From positions 1-50,640 of the forward strand of contig CAXSGP010000025.1 of NCBI GenBank assembly GCA_964236955.1: a stretch of 50,640 nt of DNA, read 5' to 3'. The position numbers and the translations under genes were made by a program. The DNA comes from an uncultured Oligoflexus sp. GTDB taxonomy: Bacteria > Bdellovibrionota_B > Oligoflexia > Oligoflexales > Oligoflexaceae. Numbering within the stretch: the stretch's first letter is position 1; each line of letters starts with the position of its first letter. Under the pieces are notes generated by a model. It ran no database searches, was not told the DNA's origin, and saw nothing but the letters and a program-made list of their open reading frames with translations. This document shows positions 9,041 to 18,460 of the stretch, piece by piece.

Positions 9041-9850
9041 ATGAAACGATACTTTTTTTTGGGATTGGCTTTTTCCCTTGCCCCCTTTAAACTTTTTGCC
9101 AGTGATGGCATCACTCAAAATTTCCAGACTCTAAAGGAAATCGTCGTTAGAGCCGAATCCAATGAGCTCGACAGTCTTTTTCACATCAGCGCTGTTCAGC
9201 CTGGTTTTCCCGCTAAGCTGGAATTGGCGGTTCTGAAACTGCAGCCAAATCTAGACCGACGGGGCGTGATCCTGAGTCCTGACGGAGCTACTCAGGGATC
9301 CTTCAGCGGCTATTGGCAGGGCCTGTGGAGTGTCAGCGGCTACCCACGGGGGAAGGACAGTTTGGATCTCTATGCCCTCTTCAATTACACGGCCTGGCGA
9401 GATGTCTCACTCACGACAGACAACGAGGGAAATCCTGCCTTTGAAACGGCCGATGATACCTGGCTTGACTTTAATTATGAACAGACTCTGATCACCCGGC
9501 AAGAGTGTGAGGGGTGGACCCAAAATGGACCCGTGACGCTGCAGTTCCGAGGCACCATTGAAATGAACGGGGACTATTCACTGCCCTACTATGCGTCCCT
9601 TACCGTCGCCCCTCGTAGTCATCATGCTGCTACGAATGGCAATTCTCCGATCTTTTCCGATAATCCGGAGTCTTTCGACTATACGCGAACCTGGGCGATT
9701 TCCAGCAAGGCCTCGCAAGAATCAAAGTCCATTGTCATCGACCAGAAGACGTGTATGGCCAGCGACGGTATCAAGGTTTCAATTGCTGTCAAAGAACTTC
9801 AAAGAATTGCTATTCGAAAAATACGTTTTGAAGTACGGACGCCGTTTTGA
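9041..9850 (+). CDS. Secreted beta-rich hypothetical protein
   Basis: GAGG RBS; signal MKRYFFLGLAFSLAPFKLFA; 269 aa. Confidence 0.8.
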   Translation: MKRYFFLGLAFSLAPFKLFASDGITQNFQTLKEIVVRAESNELDSLFHISAVQPGFPAKLELAVLKLQPNLDRRGVILSPDGATQGSFSGYWQGLWSVSGYPRGKDSLDLYALFNYTAWRDVSLTTDNEGNPAFETADDTWLDFNYEQTLITRQECEGWTQNGPVTLQFRGTIEMNGDYSLPYYASLTVAPRSHHAATNGNSPIFSDNPESFDYTRTWAISSKASQESKSIVIDQKTCMASDGIKVSIAVKELQRIAIRKIRFEVRTPF

Positions 9851-9913
9851 TGAATCAAAGGTATAAGGCCGTGTCTATTTTCCTTAGTATGGAGGCATTT
9901 TTGCGGAATTCCG

Positions 9914-10183
9914 CTAAGACTTCCTAAAGGAATCTAAAAGCTCATGGACCACGTCTAAAAACTTACTCAGTTTGGCATCCTGACAGAGATTAAAGCCGCC
10001 GTAGGATGACATCGGTGCAATGCCTTTGAGGGCATCAAGAAAATTGAATTTAAAGGCTTCATCATGAGTGGCTAGGATTTGCGCTTTGGCTTCCTGGAAA
10101 TACAGGGCCGAAGGATGCGTGGTCTTTTCAAGTTCTATGATCAGGTCATCGATAGGTATCAAGAGTCTGGAAATTTCTATCAT
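9914..10183 (-). CDS. Putative immunity protein (89 aa, helical)
   Basis: ATG at 10183 overlaps the TGA of the upstream toxin-like ORF (ATGA coupling). Confidence 0.6.
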   Translation of the reverse strand: MIEISRLLIPIDDLIIELEKTTHPSALYFQEAKAQILATHDEAFKFNFLDALKGIAPMSSYGGFNLCQDAKLSKFLDVVHELLDSFRKS

Positions 10184-10725
10184 GGAAATGCCTTCACGGT
10201 TTTGATTATCCAGGCGTCCCTGACGTTGGTAATAACACACTGATAGTCACCACCAGGCAGAATCAAGTTTAAGTCTCGAAAGCTTCTTTGAGCTGCCGTT
10301 AGACCTTCGCTGACCCAAGTGCCGGCCGGGACCTTAAAGGTGGAACGAAGGGTGATTTCAACCCCCCAGTCCGGGAGGATGGCGAGGCGCGTGCGAAGGG
10401 ACGCCTCGGATTCATAGGTCTTTTTAACAAGCCAGCTAAACTTTTTGCCTGTTCTATTCTCAATGCCATGGTATTTAAAAAAGGTCTCTTCCTCCACCAA
10501 TTGCCGGTTGGAATATTTTTGCTCCTTGAAGGAATCAAGTACATTGAGGTCGCTAATGATAGGTCCTAACTTTTGATTAGAAGGCTTGCCGATCGGTTCG
10601 TTCGTGTCCAGTTGAAATCTTAGCGGCACGGCCACGATTCTAAGATCGTTTAAAAGCTGGCGATTCATGAGCTGAAAGGATCGATTGCCCAGTGTCTGTT
10701 GCCGATTTAGATTCAGATTGTCCAT
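10180..10725 (-). CDS. Polymorphic-toxin-like domain, ART/NAD-glycohydrolase-fold candidate
   Basis: Motifs LAILPDWG...VPAGT..EG..AAQ...LPGGDYQ resemble Rhs/CDI toxin tips with a GGxxQ motif; start uncertain (ATG 10725 or TTG 10818). Confidence 0.6.
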   Translation of the reverse strand: MDNLNLNRQQTLGNRSFQLMNRQLLNDLRIVAVPLRFQLDTNEPIGKPSNQKLGPIISDLNVLDSFKEQKYSNRQLVEEETFFKYHGIENRTGKKFSWLVKKTYESEASLRTRLAILPDWGVEITLRSTFKVPAGTWVSEGLTAAQRSFRDLNLILPGGDYQCVITNVRDAWIIKTVKAFP

Positions 10726-10869
10726 GGGCGAAGTCTCTTTGCGCAAAAAGTCATTGGTGTTTAAAATTTTTCTTCGATCGAAAGCTTTAGGCGCAAAAAT
10801 CTCTAGGCTTGGCCTCAAAGCAATTCCATTGATGCATGCTGTAGGGGATAAGGTCTCTGCTCTTCTTAT

Positions 10870-10886
10870 TGCAATGGTAATGCCAG
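10870..10886 (-). promoter_or_regulatory. sigma54 (RpoN)-type -24/-12 promoter
   Basis: Minus strand CTGGCATTACCATTGCA = TGGCA-N6-TTGCA with exact GG-N10-GC spacing, upstream of 10725. Confidence 0.6.
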
Positions 10887-11054
10887 ACGTAAGTGCATGT
10901 TATTTCGTGAAATATAAAAGCTGTTTGGAAAGAGCCGTAGACAATCGCCTATCTTTTGGACGCTGGAATTTAACCTTACAAGTACATTAATATTTTGCGA
11001 CAAGGCTCTGACAGGCTCGGTGGAGACGACCACGACAGTCGGGAAGTCCTCAAG

Positions 11055-11092
11055 AAAAACCTCAGCCCTTTTCGAGAGCTGAGGCCTTTTTT
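11055..11092. terminator. Bidirectional-type intrinsic terminator
   Basis: CCTCAGC...GCTGAGG stem flanked by A- and T-runs. Confidence 0.7.
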
Positions 11093-11116
11093 CTAAAACT
11101 CTTTAAGTTCGTTTGG

Positions 11117-11392
11117 CTAATCTGGTTTGAATTTCAGTTGGACAGCTTGGATGTCCTGATCGGTAACTCCAAAATCACTCCATTCAAAGCGGGCTGATTG
11201 ATAAAGGATGGGGACATAGGTGAGGACATATTTACCCGGCGATTCGGTGTAGACACCAGTTCTTTGAAAGGAATTTGAGTACCAATGTCCGAAGGTGATC
11301 TAGTCTTGAATACCAACAACTGCCGTTACCGAGCCGTCGGCAAGAACCAAGGCCACTTCGAAGGATTCATCCACGGGCTCGGCGGGGCATGT
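11117..11392 (-). pseudogene. 3' remnant of a gene with an internal TAG
   Basis: About 90 protein-like codons (PAEPVDESFEVALVLADG...*ITFGHWYSN...QLKFKPD*); TAG at 11302-11300; ends just before the terminator. Confidence 0.45.
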
Positions 11393-11796
11393 TAGTCACT
11401 ATAAATCTTCGTAAAATTTTTTTCGTGGATTAAGCGAGAAGGGATTTGATCGCTTTGTCGGCTTTCGCCCGCAAGCCCTATGCGCCTCTATGAAAAGCCC
11501 AACAAACACCTTTGACTGGTTAGCTTAGAAAAACACTGGAATGCTGGCATGGGTTGACGCGTCATAAAAAAAGGCTTTGCGCATGCCGGCTTGGCTATCA
11601 AGTGGCATGTGGCAAGCGAGCGCTACCCGACTCTACGCCGAACTTTATGCTCGGTGCCCTGAAGCTTCAGCCTGGACTATGGCGATAATGATAGGGACTT
11701 CTCCCAGCCAAGAAATGGGCGGCATCGATGGATTGGGATGTTTAAATCCCTTCATTGCAGGATGGGCCATTCAACACCCTCCAAACCATACTTTTT

Positions 11797-12012
11797 CTAA
11801 AGGACCTTGAGAGCAATTAATATTTCGACCAACTCATCGGCTTTGATGCCCAAAGACTTCGACCAGGGTTGCAGGAGACTGGCTTCGGTCACGGAGTTGG
11901 TAATGCGATCGTTTTTTTCAATGGCATGTTCGATCTCTTCCAGAAAGTCTTCGACGGTATCGCCTTCAGGGAGTTCTTGCATGAGTATCTTGCGAGCTTC
12001 GTCTTGAGTCAC
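11797..12012 (-). CDS. Small acidic hypothetical protein
   Basis: AAGGA RBS, GTG start, 71 aa helical composition. Confidence 0.6.
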   Translation of the reverse strand: MTQDEARKILMQELPEGDTVEDFLEEIEHAIEKNDRITNSVTEASLLQPWSKSLGIKADELVEILIALKVL

Positions 12013-12089
12013 TCTATATTGTCCTTGCGGTTTAAGGAGAGGCTGGCAAAATCACCTATTTGTGCCTCTTCTTTTTTAATGGGTGAGCA

Positions 12090-12600
12090 TTGATAGTGAT
12101 TGACCTGCCGCCTTGGAAGGGTACTCAGGACTATCAGCAGCTTTATCAGTCAGGTTGTCTCGTTTCTCGGAAGTATGATGACCTACGTGGCAGTTCCCGT
12201 CCAGGTCTTTTCCTTGACCCAATCGTCAAAGATAGTCGGCACCGGAAGCGCTCTGCAGTTGATCCCTCTTCTGGCCTTGGGGCTCCCGGGTGGCTCGGTT
12301 GCGGACCGCTTTGAGCAAATCCGTCTTCGGCTTGGAGCCGAGCTTTTGATGGCGATCGGCACCTTGACGCTTGACATCAATTCCTGGCTTAAGCATCCAT
12401 CCTTTGCTCTCATACTCCTAGCTTCCTTCCTCATGCAAGCGGTGAATGCTTTCCGTCGTCCAATCGGCAGGTTCTCACTCAGACGCTTATGACGGAGAAA
12501 GATTACGCTCCAGTAGGAATGCTCGGATCGCTGCGGCACGCGGCTGGTGCCATTGTCGGAGCCGCGCTTGCGCGGCTGTGCTCGCAACGCTGGTCGTTTT
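12090..12600 (+). pseudogene. Degraded MFS transporter (EntS/macrolide-efflux-like N-half)
   Basis: QVVSFLGSMMTYVAVPVQVF...GGSVADRFE motif A; N-terminal IDL.P segment lies in another frame; truncated. Confidence 0.7.
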
Positions 12601-12792
12601 AGCCTGTTGCTACTTTATCCGGGATGTTTGCAGTGAGGCAGGCTGCTCCCGCTGCGGAAAGCGACGGCTGAATTTTTTGTGAATGCTGACGAAAGACAAG
12701 CTGCAGACTAAAGATTCCCACGGCTGGGTTGGATTTGACTTGTCATCTTCGTGACTGTCTGTTTAGCTCTTCCTTATCATTTAGGAGACATT

Positions 12793-13299
12793 ATGCTTTA
12801 CGATATGACCGTCCCTCAGTTTATCAAAGGCCTGCAGCAAATGACAAGCTTCTTCGACAAGGCGACTCTTTACGCTGAGCAGAAGAAATTTGATGTCGAA
12901 GTTCTGCTGCAATCGCGCCTCGCTCCGGATCAATTCAACCTGATCCGCCAGGTGCAGATCGCCTGTGACACTGCAAAACTAGGCGTCTCGCGTCTCACTG
13001 GCAAAGAAGCACCGACCCACGACGATACGGAAAAGACTTTGCCCGAGCTTCGGGCCCGGGTTGCCAGCGTTGTCTCCTACCTCGAAAAATTCACGGCGAA
13101 AGACTTCGAGGGCGCCGGGACTCGCCATATCTCACAGCCTCGTTGGGAAGGCCAATATCTTTTGGGAACAGAGTTTGCTCTGCATCATGCAGTGCCGAAC
13201 TTTTATTTTCATGTCACCACCGTTTATGCGATCTTGAGAAATAACGGTGTTGATGTCGGCAAGAAGGATTTCCTAGGGCCTATGCCGTTCAAAAAATAA
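12793..13299 (+). CDS. DUF1993 family (DinB-like) protein
   Basis: RLAPDQFNL..QVQIACD and PNFYFHVTT.YAILR.NGV.VGK.DF motifs; AGGAG RBS. Confidence 0.9.
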   Translation: MLYDMTVPQFIKGLQQMTSFFDKATLYAEQKKFDVEVLLQSRLAPDQFNLIRQVQIACDTAKLGVSRLTGKEAPTHDDTEKTLPELRARVASVVSYLEKFTAKDFEGAGTRHISQPRWEGQYLLGTEFALHHAVPNFYFHVTTVYAILRNNGVDVGKKDFLGPMPFKK

Positions 13300-13321
13300 G
13301 CTCTTTTTGAGTTTGCGATAG

Positions 13322-13365
13322 AAAAGCCTGGCTTCGCTTTATGGCGCGTAGCCAGGCCTTTCTTT
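13322..13365. terminator. Terminator between convergent genes
   Basis: GCCTGGCT...AGCCAGGC stem followed by T-rich tail. Confidence 0.65.
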
Positions 13366-13388
13366 GAGTGCGCTTGGCCCCTATGGAA

Positions 13389-13787
13389 TCAACCGGCTTT
13401 GAGAACGAGATCTATGTATTCGACTGTTGGTAGCGTGCTCAATTGAAGTTCCTTGCCTTTGGAATCGATGACCAGGCCCTTGGCGATCATGTCCCGTGCA
13501 AAGACACTTAGCGAGCGCATGCCTCTTGCCTGCTGTGCATCTTCAATCGCTAGAGTGTTGGCAGCCCATTCACCCCTTGAGGGCTCTTCGTCCATATTGG
13601 AAAAGGCGTGGATGCTCACCTGAAAGCGCGGATGAATTTGGTTAACATAGCTGCGCACGTAGATGTCTTCATAAACGGTATCAAGCCAGACCCTGCGGTC
13701 TTCGCTTCGACGGTTGTCCTTACGGCGGCGATCGATGTCGAGTTTACCAGAATCGATTTGACGGCGAGCCTCTTTAGATTGGGACAT
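13389..13787 (-). CDS. Hypothetical protein with N-terminal DRR/RR repeats
   Basis: AAGGA RBS; 132 aa ORF. Confidence 0.65.
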   Translation of the reverse strand: MSQSKEARRQIDSGKLDIDRRRKDNRRSEDRRVWLDTVYEDIYVRSYVNQIHPRFQVSIHAFSNMDEEPSRGEWAANTLAIEDAQQARGMRSLSVFARDMIAKGLVIDSKGKELQLSTLPTVEYIDLVLKAG

Positions 13788-14014
13788 TGGCAGTTTCCTT
13801 CAAAGATAGGTCCAGGGTAATGGAGAAGCGTACTTACAGTTTATTTTCTTTGCTTTCTATGCACAATAGCAATGCGCGATCCGATCATTTTCAAGCCTGT
13901 TACCTGGCAAGGTCCTTTACAGTTCAGGAACTTGCGTTGTTTATCTTTAAGATTAATGACTTAGCTTCGCTTTGCCTTAGCAGTAAGAATCGTTTCGGCA
14001 GAAATCTCCAAAGT

Positions 14015-14458
14015 CTAAAGGCGTTTTTCCATGCGAACAAAAAGTTCACCAAATCCATTGTTCTTATAGAGCTTTAGCGCTCGTGAGTTCCAAGGCGAAA
14101 CACTGACGGAGATGCGATTCACGTCTTGTTCGACCGCGAGCTGTTCGATTGCGAGAAGAATCGACTTACCATAGCCCTGGCCCCTATACTCCTCATAGAC
14201 TTCAAGGCTGATGACGAGGAGCTCGGTTGTGGTCACATGAGCCAAAACGTGGCCAACCTCTTCCTCCTCTTCAAAGCACATAAAGCAGGTCACGCTCGGC
14301 TGCTTGAGAAGGTGATTGATCTCCTGCTTGGCTTTGAGGGTGGCGGCCGGCAAATCGTAGAGATCACTTTTTACCAGGTCGTCGATGGAGGCTTGACAGA
14401 GATCGATACGATCCAAGTCGGCCTCGGTTGCTGGGAGAAAGGTAATGGATCGCAACAT
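14015..14458 (-). CDS. GNAT family N-acetyltransferase
   Basis: VYEEYRGQGYG acetyl-CoA motif; N.RA.KLY...GF. Confidence 0.9.
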   Translation of the reverse strand: MLRSITFLPATEADLDRIDLCQASIDDLVKSDLYDLPAATLKAKQEINHLLKQPSVTCFMCFEEEEEVGHVLAHVTTTELLVISLEVYEEYRGQGYGKSILLAIEQLAVEQDVNRISVSVSPWNSRALKLYKNNGFGELFVRMEKRL

Positions 14459-14531
14459 AAAGAACACTCCTGCATTTTTGATCCAAGGGATTTAGGAAGG
14501 CTTTTCTAAATCAGAACGCTCGCCTTTATCT

Positions 14532-14915
14532 TTAAGGATGAAATCGATCGACGAGGAAACAGACAAAAACCAAGGTCGAGACAATGCTGCCGATCAGCAC
14601 GCCGCCGGCCGCGCAATCTTTCGCGATGCCAATTGCAGTATGCCGTTCAGGATGGATATGATCAATTAATTGTTCAAAGCCCGTGTTGAACATTTCTGCC
14701 GTGAGAACCATTCCAATGCAGAGCAGATGAGCAGCCCACCAGAGAGGATCCGCCTTTAAAATTCCCAGTACAAGTATTACGACTATCGTTATACTGGCTT
14801 GGGTTCGAAAGCTCGCTTCGGTCCTTAAGGCTGATTTTATGCCGGCCAAAGCAAAGCCGAAGCGGATGAAAAAAGATTGGTTTTTCAAGGCGGCATTCCT
14901 TTGTGCTTGAGGCAA
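14532..14915 (-). CDS. dgkA: Prokaryotic diacylglycerol kinase family
   Basis: E.FNTG.E.LID...AKD.AAGGV motifs; three TM segments. Confidence 0.85.
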   Translation of the reverse strand: MPQAQRNAALKNQSFFIRFGFALAGIKSALRTEASFRTQASITIVVILVLGILKADPLWWAAHLLCIGMVLTAEMFNTGFEQLIDHIHPERHTAIGIAKDCAAGGVLIGSIVSTLVFVCFLVDRFHP

Positions 14916-14982
14916 AGCGGGGGTGCTGCGCCTATCTTAGCAGCAGATTTCAGGGCGCGTGGGATTATCTTTTTTTTGAGGA

Positions 14983-16590
14983 ATGGCTATGTTTGAATCG
15001 ACAATGATGGATAGGCCGCTGACCCTAGATATTTTGATACAGAGAGCTCTCCATGTGAGTGCGGCGGTCGAGATTGTCACCAAAAAGCCAGACCGCAGCA
15101 TACATAGGAGTACCTACGGAGAAGTTGCTAGGCGTGCGTTGCAGCTCGCACGGGCTTTGGTTGCGGGTGGTATTAAAAAGGGTGATAGAGTCGCGACTCT
15201 GATGTGGAATCATTCCGCTCATCTTGAGGCTTATCTTGGTATTCCGATGGCGGGCGCCGTCATTCATACCCTAAATTTGCGCCTGCACGCGGATGAAATT
15301 GCTTTTATCGCTGAGGATGCCAGGGATCGCTATCTGATCGTCGATGAGGTGCTCCTTCCCCTCCTTGATTCCTTTAAAAATAAATATGCCTTTGAAAAGG
15401 TTATCGTTGTCGATGCGATGCAGTCGCTGACCGACGGTCGTCTGGATTACGAGTCATGGCTCAAAGCCGCACCAGCCGAAATGGATTTGCCGCAGCTTAA
15501 GGAAACGGATGCACTGGGTTGCTGCTATACGAGTGGCACCACAGGTCGACCGAAGGGGGTGGTGTATTCGCATCGCTCCACTCTTTTGCATAGTCTTGTA
15601 TCAGCATTGCCCGACTCTCTGGAATTGTCTTGTGCCGATTGTCTGATGGCCGTAGTGCCCATGTTTCATGTCAACGCCTGGGGTTTGCCCTTCACGGCTA
15701 CGCTCATCGGCATCAAACAGGTGCTGCCGGGACCTTTTCTGGATCCGACAAGTCTTCTGGATTTGATGGAGGCGGAGAAGGTTACCGTCGCCGCTGGCGT
15801 GCCGACGATCTGGTTGGGTATTCGGGAGGCCCTCGATCTGAAGCCTCGTAAGATCAAGGCCCGGATGATAGTTGGTGGTTCGGCGGCACCGGAACAACTG
15901 ATTCGGGATTTTGATCGTCATGGGCTGGAACTGATTCATGCTTGGGGCATGACCGAGACATCGCCCATAGGTCTGGTGGCCAAACTCACCCCGGAGGCGC
16001 GGCAGACCAGCCTCGATAATCAGTATCGCCTGCGAGCCAAACAAGGGCGACCCGTACCTCTCGTCGAGCTGCGGGTGAGCAATGATCAGGGTGAAGCGCC
16101 TAGCGATGGCAAGACAAGTGGTGAAATTCAAATTCGTTCGCCTTGGGTGACGGCCCGCTACGCTTCAAAGGTTGCGCATGCGGATGAGCGATGGACGGCA
16201 GATGGTTATTTTAAAACGGGCGATGTCGCGACCTTGGATCCCTTGGGTTATGTGCAGATCACCGATCGTATCGCCGACCTCATCAAGTCGGGCGGGGAGT
16301 GGATTGCCAGCCAGCAGGTGGAAAATGCTTTGATGGGCCATCCATCCGTACGGGAGGCGGCGGTCATCGGTGTGCATCATGATAAGTGGAGCGAAAGACC
16401 TTTGGCCGCTATTGTTTTGAAGCCCGGATGCACGGCTACGCCGGAGGAATTGAAGGCCTTCATCGCTCCTCTTTTTGCGAAATTGTGGCTGCCCGATGCC
16501 TTTGTCTTTCTCGATAGCATCCCACGCACAGCGGCAGGAAAATTCAAAAAGACCGAGCTTCGGGACCTGTATAAGGATTGGAAGTGGTAA
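14983..16590 (+). CDS. Medium/long-chain fatty acid-CoA ligase (AMP-binding)
   Basis: [30 protein letters not shown] motifs. Confidence 0.95.
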   Translation: MAMFESTMMDRPLTLDILIQRALHVSAAVEIVTKKPDRSIHRSTYGEVARRALQLARALVAGGIKKGDRVATLMWNHSAHLEAYLGIPMAGAVIHTLNLRLHADEIAFIAEDARDRYLIVDEVLLPLLDSFKNKYAFEKVIVVDAMQSLTDGRLDYESWLKAAPAEMDLPQLKETDALGCCYTSGTTGRPKGVVYSHRSTLLHSLVSALPDSLELSCADCLMAVVPMFHVNAWGLPFTATLIGIKQVLPGPFLDPTSLLDLMEAEKVTVAAGVPTIWLGIREALDLKPRKIKARMIVGGSAAPEQLIRDFDRHGLELIHAWGMTETSPIGLVAKLTPEARQTSLDNQYRLRAKQGRPVPLVELRVSNDQGEAPSDGKTSGEIQIRSPWVTARYASKVAHADERWTADGYFKTGDVATLDPLGYVQITDRIADLIKSGGEWIASQQVENALMGHPSVREAAVIGVHHDKWSERPLAAIVLKPGCTATPEELKAFIAPLFAKLWLPDAFVFLDSIPRTAAGKFKKTELRDLYKDWKW

Positions 16591-16693
16591 ACTCGTGGGG
16601 ATCGCCTGTAAGCATGAGGCCGGGGGCGTGCGTCCCTTGTTTGTTCCTTAGGCGACACTCAATTTTGCTGCGTCCCATCGCCTGGAGGTCCCA

Positions 16694-17389
16694 GTGCTTT
16701 TTCATCAGCTTTTTGAAGCCGATTCGTCGACCTATACCTATCTGCTGGCCGATCCGGTAGCGAGGATTGCCGTTCTTATCGATCCCGTTATCGATACGAT
16801 AGAGCGTGATATCAGGCTTATAGAGGACTACGGCCTCACCTTGAAATATGTCTGTGATACTCATGTGCATGCCGATCACATCACGGCTGCCGATGAATTG
16901 CGAAAGCGTTTGGGAGCTCTGACCTGCGTGTCGCGGCATGCGTCGCTCCCTTGTGTCGATGTCGCCTTGAGGGATGGCGACCGACTTGAGTTTGGCGCTT
17001 ATGCCCTGACGGTTTTGGAGACCCCCGGCCATACGCCCTGCTCGCTTTGTTTGAGTCTCGGCGATAGGGTTTTTACGGGCGACACTCTTCTCATCCGCGG
17101 CTGTGGCCGGACTGATTTCCAAAATGGGAGTTCTCAAGAATTATTTCAGAGTGTGCGCAGCAAACTCTTTACTCTCGCCGAGTCCACCCTTGTCTATCCG
17201 GGGCATGATTATAAGGGGCACACCTCGTCTTCGATTGCGATGGAGAGACGGTTTAATCCCCGTCTGCATTTGGGTGTAAGCGAGTCTGAATTCGTCGCTA
17301 TCATGGAGTCGCTGGGCCTTAGCGTACCGAAGAGAATTCATGAAGCTCTGCCGGCTAACCTTGCCTGTGGCAAAAAACCGGTGGGCTGA
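16694..17389 (+). CDS. ETHE1-like persulfide dioxygenase (MBL fold)
   Basis: THVHADH, TPGHT, GCGRTDFQ, YPGHDY motifs. Confidence 0.9.
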   Translation: MLFHQLFEADSSTYTYLLADPVARIAVLIDPVIDTIERDIRLIEDYGLTLKYVCDTHVHADHITAADELRKRLGALTCVSRHASLPCVDVALRDGDRLEFGAYALTVLETPGHTPCSLCLSLGDRVFTGDTLLIRGCGRTDFQNGSSQELFQSVRSKLFTLAESTLVYPGHDYKGHTSSSIAMERRFNPRLHLGVSESEFVAIMESLGLSVPKRIHEALPANLACGKKPVG

Positions 17390-17452
17390 AGGCCTTGGAT
17401 TGGGCTTTGCAATAAGCCTGGCTATTGAGTAAAAGACGGGCTTCCCCTGACT

Positions 17453-18262
17453 GTGAGTAGCAACGTGAGCAATAAGATAGCCCCCCGCGGCCAAGGCAAA
17501 GCATCTAAAATTCCCGAGTTGCTCTATTACGGGCTGCATATCTGCGAAAAGCTCGCTGATCGGCGGCGTGCTGATATCATTCGTGTTTACTGCACTGAAC
17601 AGGTCATGTCCTGGTTTAAACCCCTACTGCAGTGGTGTGCTGGCAATCGCAAAGCCTACCATATTGTCACGGCGAAGGATCTTGAGAGGATCACCGGCTC
17701 TGTGCATCATGAAGGCGTAGCTATTCTTGCGAGGCAAGCCGGTCCGGGTTCGCTGCGCGATTTGGAGCAACGTCTTGCCAAGCATCGCGAGGATATTCCT
17801 CTTCTCTATCTCGATGGTGTGCAGAATCCCCACAACATCGGCACGATCATGCGCGTGATGGCGAGCTTTGGTTGGCCCTATGGCGTCGGGCCTAAAACGA
17901 TGGCCCCGTTGTCAGCTGCCGCCGCCCGCATAAGTGAGGGCGGGGCTGAATTTGTCGAGATTTTTGCAGCTGAGTCGGGAGTTGCCTTCTGTGATTGGGC
18001 GAAAAGTCTTGGCTATGCTCTCTATGGGACATCTAGCCATGAGGCTGGTTCGCTCTATGAAACAAGGCTTCCCGGACGTTTAGTTATAGTGCTGGGACAC
18101 GAGGTACATGGCATGTCGAAGGAGGTTGAACGTAAACTTGATAAGCGCCTGGCTATTCCAACGACAGGGCAGGTCGAGAGTTTGAATGTCGCAGCCGCGA
18201 CGGGCATCCTGCTTGGAGAGTACACGCGTCAACATAAGTTGATTCGGCCTATTGGCCCTTGA
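17453..18262 (+). CDS. TrmH/SpoU family RNA methyltransferase
   Basis: LDGVQNPHNIGTI.R, LGHE..G, ESLNVAAA motifs. Confidence 0.9.
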   Translation: MSSNVSNKIAPRGQGKASKIPELLYYGLHICEKLADRRRADIIRVYCTEQVMSWFKPLLQWCAGNRKAYHIVTAKDLERITGSVHHEGVAILARQAGPGSLRDLEQRLAKHREDIPLLYLDGVQNPHNIGTIMRVMASFGWPYGVGPKTMAPLSAAAARISEGGAEFVEIFAAESGVAFCDWAKSLGYALYGTSSHEAGSLYETRLPGRLVIVLGHEVHGMSKEVERKLDKRLAIPTTGQVESLNVAAATGILLGEYTRQHKLIRPIGP

Positions 18263-18460
18263 TTTAAGTGCTTATGATGATATTTTTTGGACTTTGACCA
18301 AGGGCTTTCTTACGCTGTGGAGGCTTTTCCGAAGCCTCTGATCTTTTTCCCCATTGTGTCGATCCTCGGCTTTTTGCCAATTTCCATGGACCTGTATCCT
18401 ATTAAATTGTTTGGCTTTTTATCCGAAACGAGTCACGTATTCCTGGGTTTTGGAGTCGTG

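Noticed and set aside
1444..11392. Stop-codon reassignment suggested by in-frame TGA/TAG in two genes
   Set aside because: Intact conserved genes in the window end normally at TGA and TAG; isolated decay explains it better
17396..17411. Further GG-N10-GC sigma54-like matches (here, and near 25658 and 11602)
   Set aside because: They lack TGGCA or TTGC; expected by chance
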